Sequence record: DRR378314_772
Direction: 5' to 3' (one strand)
DNA length: 38,469 bases
Below, in pieces: positions 32,638 through 38,469 of this stretch. A program made the translations under genes and the position numbers. Each line of letters starts with the position of its first letter. Position 1 is the first letter of the stretch. Under the pieces are notes generated by a model that was given only the letters and a program-made list of their open reading frames with translations, was not told the origin of the DNA and made no database searches.

Positions 32638-32673
32638 CTAAGGCCAAATAGTGAGCTTTGGTTGAACTTTCAC
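32638..32673 (-). CDS. Putative 11-codon mini-ORF (MKVQPKLTIWP) or 5' remnant of a lost gene
   Basis: Minus strand GAGGA RBS then GTG AAA GTT CAA CCA AAG CTC ACT ATT TGG CCT TAG; start is positionally homologous to the GTG AAA start at 34358. Confidence 0.4.
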   Translation of the reverse strand: MKVQPKLTIWP

Positions 32674-32709
32674 TTTTGTTTCCTCTTTCGTATGAGGCTT
32701 CTAATATGG

Positions 32710-32740
32710 CTATCGGCAGATTTGAATGAATATTGAGCAA
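32710..32740 (-). promoter_or_regulatory. sigma28 (FliA)-type promoter, copy 1
   Basis: Minus strand TTGC-TCAA-N15-GCCGATAG. Confidence 0.75.
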
Positions 32741-32959
32741 CAAATCGATTTTTATTTTTTTCTCACTATAAAGGCATTCTTAAAAACTCAAAAATTAAAC
32801 CCGCACCTACAAGAAACATTATATTAACAACATGCTTTAGCTGGCTTTGTTATACACTCCAATTATCAGGAAAACCTGTGGCTCAAAACCAGGCTTTGAA
32901 ATTAGTTTGATACTAGAAGTCAAACTTCGTTTGTTACCCTGAAATAAGAAGGGTACAGG

Positions 32960-32987
32960 AAGCCCCGCAAATTCTCTCGCGGGGCTT
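32960..32987 (-). terminator. Stem-loop / probable terminator after the 449-aa gene
   Basis: AAGCCCCGC...GCGGGGCTT 9-bp inverted repeat (extendable by G-U pairs on the minus strand), about 20 nt after the stop; U-tract weak. Confidence 0.6.
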
Positions 32988-33008
32988 ATTGTCAACAGTA
33001 TAAACATG

Positions 33009-34358
33009 TCAAGCTTTAGCGCCAGAGGCATATTCCCAAGGATCCCGAACGTTTTCGTCAGACTCCGCCGGCGGAATATAAGATGACACCACATTTTCCA
33101 AGTCTTCCAGGTATTCCCATTTGGTCTTCGGCACGTAGGAACGCCCGCTTCTCCGGTCCTCACCCTCGCGGGCTTCATAAACAGCCTGCAAAGCATCTTT
33201 ACTACTTAAAACGGACTGCAGTTTATTCATCGCCTGTGGCTCTGCTTTCATGTCTATAAGTTCATTGGTGCTGCTCGTTTGTATACCTAATAGATTATCG
33301 AGGCCGATGACCGCAGCTTCCAGGTAGCCGATTTGTTCCTTTCTATTTAGGTCGTTAAGTTGGTCACCCATTTCTACGAGCTGTTCGTCACTGAAATTAT
33401 AGGTTGTCAGCAACTCCCCCATATTCTCAAGCATTTTTTTCGTTGTCTCGAATAGGTTATCGCCAAACCCTTTGCTGATACTCACCACATGTTCCGAATC
33501 ACCAAAAGCGCTCATTTCAAAGAAAGGGTTTGTTTTAAGTGCTACTTTACCAATAAAAGACAATATGCTCGTTCTGGCCTCATCACTTTTATCCAGAAGA
33601 CCGTCAAGCAGTTGCTCACCTTCAATCCGGCTCATTCCAAGTACATTTAACAAGCTACTTTGCTGTTCCCGACTGTATTGATCGAGCTTGTTAACAAAAT
33701 CAGCGGGCGATTTGGTATCTATTACGGTCGAAACAAAGTTCTGCAGGTCGTTCGCGCTCGATTTAACGTCGAAATATCCTCCTAGAGATTCATAGGTATC
33801 ATTGTTCTCACGCTCAGCTTTGTGAATACTGATTTTTTCATCATATTCAGCCGCCTTTTCAATCAGTTGATCCCGGGCAATTCGCTGAGTGTCTGATAGC
33901 ACTTCAATAAATTGTTCTACTTTTTCTTCGTATGTTCTGGAGGGATTAAATTCATTAACATGGGTAAAAAGCATGTTTGCAGAAGCCGACAACCCATAAA
34001 ATATATCGGTTAACTGCGAAAGTTGCTCTTTGTCCAGGGTTTCAACCATAGACAAGAAATCATCGTTCGATGTAATACCTAGCCTACCCAGCCGGATAAA
34101 ATCTTCCTCAGACATTTTTGAGTACAAATCTTTTAGTTTTTCTATTTTCTCCGCCGAGAATTCTGATTGTATTGGCTCTTCCAGCCATTTATTAAAATTA
34201 AAATAGAGTTTATCTAGCTCACTAAGGAAGACGCCCTGGGTATTTTCAGGCTGGGTATCCAAAGGCTCCGCCACATGGCTCTGTAGCACCGTTATCGGCT
34301 GCTTAGAGGGTACCGGCTTGGTTAAGGCTGAATAGTGATTTGTTATTGATATTTTCAC
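33009..34358 (-). CDS. Hypothetical acidic alpha-helical protein, 449 aa, candidate sigma28-regulated (GTG start)
   Basis: Long ORF; no signal peptide, TM segment or Cys; P/S/T/Q-rich N-terminus; recurring helical units; directly behind a sigma28-type promoter. Confidence 0.8.
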   Translation of the reverse strand: MKISITNHYSALTKPVPSKQPITVLQSHVAEPLDTQPENTQGVFLSELDKLYFNFNKWLEEPIQSEFSAEKIEKLKDLYSKMSEEDFIRLGRLGITSNDDFLSMVETLDKEQLSQLTDIFYGLSASANMLFTHVNEFNPSRTYEEKVEQFIEVLSDTQRIARDQLIEKAAEYDEKISIHKAERENNDTYESLGGYFDVKSSANDLQNFVSTVIDTKSPADFVNKLDQYSREQQSSLLNVLGMSRIEGEQLLDGLLDKSDEARTSILSFIGKVALKTNPFFEMSAFGDSEHVVSISKGFGDNLFETTKKMLENMGELLTTYNFSDEQLVEMGDQLNDLNRKEQIGYLEAAVIGLDNLLGIQTSSTNELIDMKAEPQAMNKLQSVLSSKDALQAVYEAREGEDRRSGRSYVPKTKWEYLEDLENVVSSYIPPAESDENVRDPWEYASGAKA

Positions 34359-34394
34359 CTTTAGTCTCTTTCTAGTATGAGATACTTACTATAA

Positions 34395-34425
34395 CCATCG
34401 GCAGTAACGAGCAAATATTGAGCAA
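34395..34425 (-). promoter_or_regulatory. sigma28 (FliA)-type promoter, copy 2
   Basis: Minus strand TTGC-TCAA-N15-GCCGATGG; shares AATATTGAGCAA and ATCGGCAG (plus strand) with copy 1. Confidence 0.72.
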
Positions 34426-34524
34426 AAATTTGAGGATTTCTTCCTTGCGCCCCCGGCACTTTGCGGTAATCTTTAAAAAAGATAACAAACGAACTTAGAT
34501 AACTTTGAAGGCAGCCAGTATTCC

Positions 34525-35439
34525 ATGAGCAATATTCTTAACAATGCTGAACAAGGTTGTGACTCGCACGAACAACCGTCATCTGCAATAGAAGTTATTA
34601 TTGAACCTCGCGACAGCGACTTAGGCGGCTTTTATGTCCGCCGCGCATTACCCACTAGCCAAAAGCGTATGGTCGGACCGTGGATTTTCTTTGATGAAAT
34701 GGGCCCAGCCGACTTCCCACAGGGAGAAGGTGTCAATGTCGCACCACACCCGCATATTGGGTTATCCACTGTCACTTACTTATTCGATGGCGAAATGCTG
34801 CACCGGGACTCCATTGGCAGTTATCAGATAATTATGCCCGGCGATATCAACCTGATGGTCGCAGGCAAAGGCGTTACGCACTCAGAAAGAGAGCGCCCGG
34901 AAATTACCGCCCACGCTCACAGGCTACATGGCTTGCAACTCTGGTTAGCATTACCCGAACAGTACGAACAGACCGAGCCGGCCTTTTATCATATTCCGTC
35001 AACCGATATTCCGTCGGCTAATGTGAATGGGGTTTCGGTTCGCGTCATGATAGGTGAAGCTTATGGCGTAAAGTCACCTCTACCTACCTTGTCTGAAACT
35101 TTGTACGTGGAAGCCCGATTGGACTCTGGCCAGGAACTAACGTTACCGACAACTGAAGAGTTGGCTGTTTATATCGTTTCTGGTCGCCTAAATTCAGAAG
35201 GTAAAGAACTAGCGGCAAGAACATTGGTTGTATTAAAAACTGAAGAGCAACCCGTTATTACAGCTCAGGAACCATCACATATTGTCATTATTGGCGGTAA
35301 TGCATTGGGCAACCGATTTATTAACTGGAATTTTGTGTCCTCTAATAAAGAACTAATAGAGCAGGCAAGAAAAGATTGGCAGAATCAACGCTTTGATAAA
35401 GTTGTTGGCGATGAAGATGAGTTTATTCCTTTGCCTTAG
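34525..35439 (+). CDS. Pirin family protein
   Basis: VRRALP...[49 protein letters not shown]. Confidence 0.94.
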   Translation: MSNILNNAEQGCDSHEQPSSAIEVIIEPRDSDLGGFYVRRALPTSQKRMVGPWIFFDEMGPADFPQGEGVNVAPHPHIGLSTVTYLFDGEMLHRDSIGSYQIIMPGDINLMVAGKGVTHSERERPEITAHAHRLHGLQLWLALPEQYEQTEPAFYHIPSTDIPSANVNGVSVRVMIGEAYGVKSPLPTLSETLYVEARLDSGQELTLPTTEELAVYIVSGRLNSEGKELAARTLVVLKTEEQPVITAQEPSHIVIIGGNALGNRFINWNFVSSNKELIEQARKDWQNQRFDKVVGDEDEFIPLP

Positions 35440-35774
35440 TGGTTCCAGCCAACCGCTATAATAGCCATTCCGGTTAAAGTGAAAGCAGCGCCTACGGCAT
35501 CGTAAGTCGACAATGAAGCTCCTTCAACAGCCTTTAACCACAGCAGTGCAGTTACCACGTAAACGCCCCCATAAGCCGCATAGACCCTGCCACTTTCAGC
35601 CGGATGCAATGTAAGCAGCCAGGCAAATACTGCCAAACTGATAGCTGCAGGAATCAATAACCAGGCACTTCCATCTTTTTTCAACCACAGGTAAGGTAAA
35701 TAGCATCCGATAATTTCGGCAATTGCAGTAATAAAGAAAAGCCCTAGCGTTTTGGCTATCAACAAAACAGACAT
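35436..35774 (-). CDS. ynfA: YnfA family (UPF0060) SMR-type membrane protein
   Basis: [38 protein letters not shown] 35774 follows AAGGTG. Confidence 0.92.
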   Translation of the reverse strand: MSVLLIAKTLGLFFITAIAEIIGCYLPYLWLKKDGSAWLLIPAAISLAVFAWLLTLHPAESGRVYAAYGGVYVVTALLWLKAVEGASLSTYDAVGAAFTLTGMAIIAVGWNH

Positions 35775-35807
35775 GTTCAGCACCTTTATTTAGCAGGAGA
35801 AGACATT

Positions 35808-36437
35808 ATGCAGTCTACTACAAGCAGTTTCACTATGCGGGCATTACTCGTTACCGGCTTTCTTTCAATAACCATTGCCTCTCCGTTTTCCGTAGCCAAA
35901 GATACAAATACAGAGAGTGAAACTTGCTCTTATAACGAAGTTGAAATGTTAAAGCTATCTCCCAGGGAGTTTGACCAAAACCTGGAAAAAGGCTGGCGAG
36001 AAGTAGCTAAAGCGGAAGCCTGTCGTGAAGCGGCAGCCGACCTTATCCATACCTATTACACAAAGAACGAGATTTCCAAAGGGGCTATGAGAACCTTTGT
36101 CTGGCATGAGGGTCAGCTTAGAGCCGAAGTCGGTCAGTATCAACGCGCTATTAGCTTAATGAAGCAAGCGCGCAAGTCGCCCGAAAAAGACATGTCTGGC
36201 TGGAACTATTACGTTGACGCCACTATCGCCTTTTTACAGTCAGATAGAGAAAAGCTAAAAAATCAAAGGGAAAAACTGGCTGCAGTTCCTAAGCCCGAAG
36301 GTTTTAATCCGACAGATGCAGACGGAAACCCTATTGAAATACAATGGCCGCCAAACTTGAATATTGTTGATAAGTTCATTCGTTGTTTCGACCAGCCTTA
36401 TTCTGAAGTCTACACTGAATGTACTGCAGAAAAGTAA
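35808..36437 (+). CDS. Exported hypothetical protein (helical, possibly TPR-like, 4 Cys)
   Basis: AGGAG RBS; Sec-type signal ending SVA-KD; FDQ....GWR, WHEGQLRA..GQY..AI, WNYYVDATIAFL. Confidence 0.8.
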   Translation: MQSTTSSFTMRALLVTGFLSITIASPFSVAKDTNTESETCSYNEVEMLKLSPREFDQNLEKGWREVAKAEACREAAADLIHTYYTKNEISKGAMRTFVWHEGQLRAEVGQYQRAISLMKQARKSPEKDMSGWNYYVDATIAFLQSDREKLKNQREKLAAVPKPEGFNPTDADGNPIEIQWPPNLNIVDKFIRCFDQPYSEVYTECTAEK

Positions 36438-36456
36438 CCTCTGCTCGTTATCGGAT

Positions 36457-37131
36457 CTAATAGTGAATGATCATAAACTCACAATTTTCAGGTAATACTT
36501 TATTACTGCTTTTAGTGACAACTATTTTGTCTGCGGTTTTCATTCCCGCATAGGTTTCTACAGACACTTTAGAAAGCCTCAGTGTTACGGGGCTTTCTAA
36601 ACTATCGAAATTAGCATGAATAGTGTCAGGTAATATGGACTGATAGCTTCCTTTGTACGAGGTTATTTCTTCTTTTTCTACGTCAATATGTACCCGTTTA
36701 TTATTCTTAAATTCAAGAATCATACGCTGGTTATTACAGGTTTGGTGGTTACCGCGAAGAACCGGTGGAAGCCTTAATTCAGGAGCATTACCTCGCACGT
36801 ATAACCCAACATTACGCCCTTTATAATAATGTTTCTGCTGATAAAACTTTTGATAAGCTACAGGCTCAAGGTTTTGTTGCCTAATAACCTGTTCAAGTTT
36901 AGCGAAAAACTCAGGGTTTTCATTGGCGGGGTTTGTTGCTACAACCACATCTGGGAATTCTTCCGGAACCATCACGCCCGAAGTTGCTTTAACTTTGAAC
37001 CCATTTTCAGACAATGCAGAAACTAATTCCTGACGCTCTTTCTGTGGCAGCCGTTCTGTTGTAAGAAATACCGTGGGTGAACTGCAGCTAACTAATAAAA
37101 AAAGCACCGCTATTATAATAATTGCTTTCAT
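36457..37131 (-). CDS. Hypothetical lipoprotein
   Basis: MKAIIIIAVLFLLVSCSS lipobox from ATG 37131 with AGGGA RBS (ORF track opens at 37170); AT-rich. Confidence 0.78.
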   Translation of the reverse strand: MKAIIIIAVLFLLVSCSSPTVFLTTERLPQKERQELVSALSENGFKVKATSGVMVPEEFPDVVVATNPANENPEFFAKLEQVIRQQNLEPVAYQKFYQQKHYYKGRNVGLYVRGNAPELRLPPVLRGNHQTCNNQRMILEFKNNKRVHIDVEKEEITSYKGSYQSILPDTIHANFDSLESPVTLRLSKVSVETYAGMKTADKIVVTKSSNKVLPENCEFMIIHY

Positions 37132-37270
37132 TTTGACATCCCTGTACCAAAAGTATGCTTTAACTCTCACAATCTGTTACAAATTAGTCAACAAATAATT
37201 AAAGAGCACCCTCAACAAGCAGGGTAGTCCTCGTTACTATATTGAGGTCATTTTTTTAAGGGATATTTTT

Positions 37271-38469
37271 ATGAAGAAGTTATTACTCGCAAGCTCTATT
37301 AGCTTCGCTCTCTTAGCCGCAGGCTGCAGTCAGCCCGTTACCGAAACCGGCACCACTCAAAATGCCGTGGCGGGCGAAGTCATTAAAAGCCCGAACGATG
37401 AGCGCCAGTATCGCGTCGTGACTTTGGATAACAATATTGAAATTATGTTGGTTTCTGATCCGAATACGGATAAATCAGCTGCCGCTTTAAGCGTTGGCGT
37501 TGGTTTATTGCAGGACCCCGAAGCTCAGCAAGGACTGGCGCATTATCTTGAGCACATGTTGTTCCTGGGAACTGAAAAGTATCCCGATACCAGCGAATAC
37601 AGCGAGTTTATGAGTAATAACGGTGGTAGTCAAAATGCCTCTACCTGGCTGGATGTCACCAACTACATGTTTAAAATTAATAACAACGCCTATGATGAGG
37701 CTTTAGATCGCTTCTCTGATTTTTTCAAAGCACCAAAACTGTACCCTGAGTACGCAGACAAAGAGCGCAACGCAGTGAACGCCGAATGGTCAATGCGCCG
37801 TGAAATGGACTTTTTCGGCCAGTTTAAATTAGGCCGCTTATTATTGGGAGAGCACCCTTCCAACCGTTTCCTTATTGGCAACCTCGACAGCCTGAGTGAC
37901 AAAGAGAACAGCGAGCTGCATAAAGAAACCGTCGATTTCTACAACCGTTTCTATTCTGCCAACATTATGAAAGTTGCCATGATAAGCAACCGTTCGTTAG
38001 AAGAGATGGAAACCTTAGCTCGTAAACACTTTGCCAGCATTGAAGACGACGGTATTGAAGAACCCGAAGTCACAGCTCAAATTAACTTCGACGATGTAGG
38101 CAAGAAGCGCATCCACTATGTACCGAATGAAGACGTTAAGCAGCTAAAACTGGAGTTCATTATCAATGACAACCAGGAACAGTTTGCCGTTAAACCCAAC
38201 CGCTATGTCAGTTACTTGCTCGGCTCAGAAATGCCTGGAACGCCAGCACAACAACTCAAAGATGCTGGCCTTATTGCTAGCTTAAATGCATCGGCACAAC
38301 CCACTTTTTACGGGAACTACGGTGTTCTGGCCATTGATGTTGAGCTCACTAATGCCGGCATGCAACAGCGTGAAGAGATTGTCGCGCTTATTATGCAGTA
38401 CATCGATAAAGTTCGCGCCGAGGGCGTTGATGAAAGTTACTTTAAAGAAATAAAAACCAGCCTGAATAA
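37271..38469 (+). CDS. M16 insulinase/pitrilysin-family zinc peptidase, lipoprotein; 3' end beyond the window
   Basis: Not in the ORF track; translated by hand: MKKLLLASSISFALLAAGC lipobox, KSPNDERQYR, KSAAALSV.VG, GLAHYLEHMLFLGTEKYP (HxxEH). No stop seen up to the window end. Confidence 0.93.
   Translation, partial: MKKLLLASSISFALLAAGCSQPVTETGTTQNAVAGEVIKSPNDERQYRVVTLDNNIEIMLVSDPNTDKSAAALSVGVGLLQDPEAQQGLAHYLEHMLFLGTEKYPDTSEYSEFMSNNGGSQNASTWLDVTNYMFKINNNAYDEALDRFSDFFKAPKLYPEYADKERNAVNAEWSMRREMDFFGQFKLGRLLLGEHPSNRFLIGNLDSLSDKENSELHKETVDFYNRFYSANIMKVAMISNRSLEEMETLARKHFASIEDDGIEEPEVTAQINFDDVGKKRIHYVPNEDVKQLKLEFIINDNQEQFAVKPNRYVSYLLGSEMPGTPAQQLKDAGLIASLNASAQPTFYGNYGVLAIDVELTNAGMQQREEIVALIMQYIDKVRAEGVDESYFKEIKTSLN

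Noticed and set aside
32825-32940. GTATAACAAAGCCAGC and GGTAACAAACG on the minus strand, reminiscent of integron attC left ends
   Set aside because: No complementary GTTRRRY end at a suitable distance, no long imperfect palindrome, no ORF ending there and no integrase. An IntegronFinder or attC covariance search would settle it.
32837-33196. 119-aa minus-strand ORF overlapping the 3' end of the 449-aa gene
   Set aside because: Out-of-frame overlap, runs through the hairpin at 32960-32987, no RBS or recognisable motif
37690-37902. 70-aa minus-strand ORF
   Set aside because: Antisense to the M16 peptidase that the ORF track missed because it lacks a stop in the window

Overview
Chromosomal window from a marine gammaproteobacterium. 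Gene order and peptide-rich content suggest Idiomarinaceae/Alteromonadales; this is inference, no search was run. Most of it is core genome: the 5' end of tRNA-Gly, orn, rsgA-psd-GDPD, an RND pump pair, nudC-hemE, rsd, fkpA, a WD40 lipoprotein with slyX, prkB, rlmJ, OsmC/yhfA, astC-astA-astD, PilZ and HDOD genes, pabA, a heme-PAS/degenerate-GGDEF/EAL gene, trpS, rpe, prlC, a DPP-IV-type lipoprotein and gor. It ends with pirin, ynfA, two exported hypotheticals and an M16 peptidase running off the right edge. No integrase, transposase, CRISPR array or defence genes were recognised. The best lead is an AT-richer stretch at about 32.0-34.5 kb. It holds two unrecognised minus-strand genes, each preceded by a homologous sigma-28 (FliA)-type promoter and leader: TTGCTCAATATT...CTGCCGAT, a 15-nt spacer, and GTG AAA exactly 36 nt after the -10 box. 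One copy opens a 449-aa helical-repeat-like protein. The other opens an 11-codon mini-ORF in front of a 155-aa orphan. This is a candidate flagellar late-class, possibly flagellum-exported, protein module.
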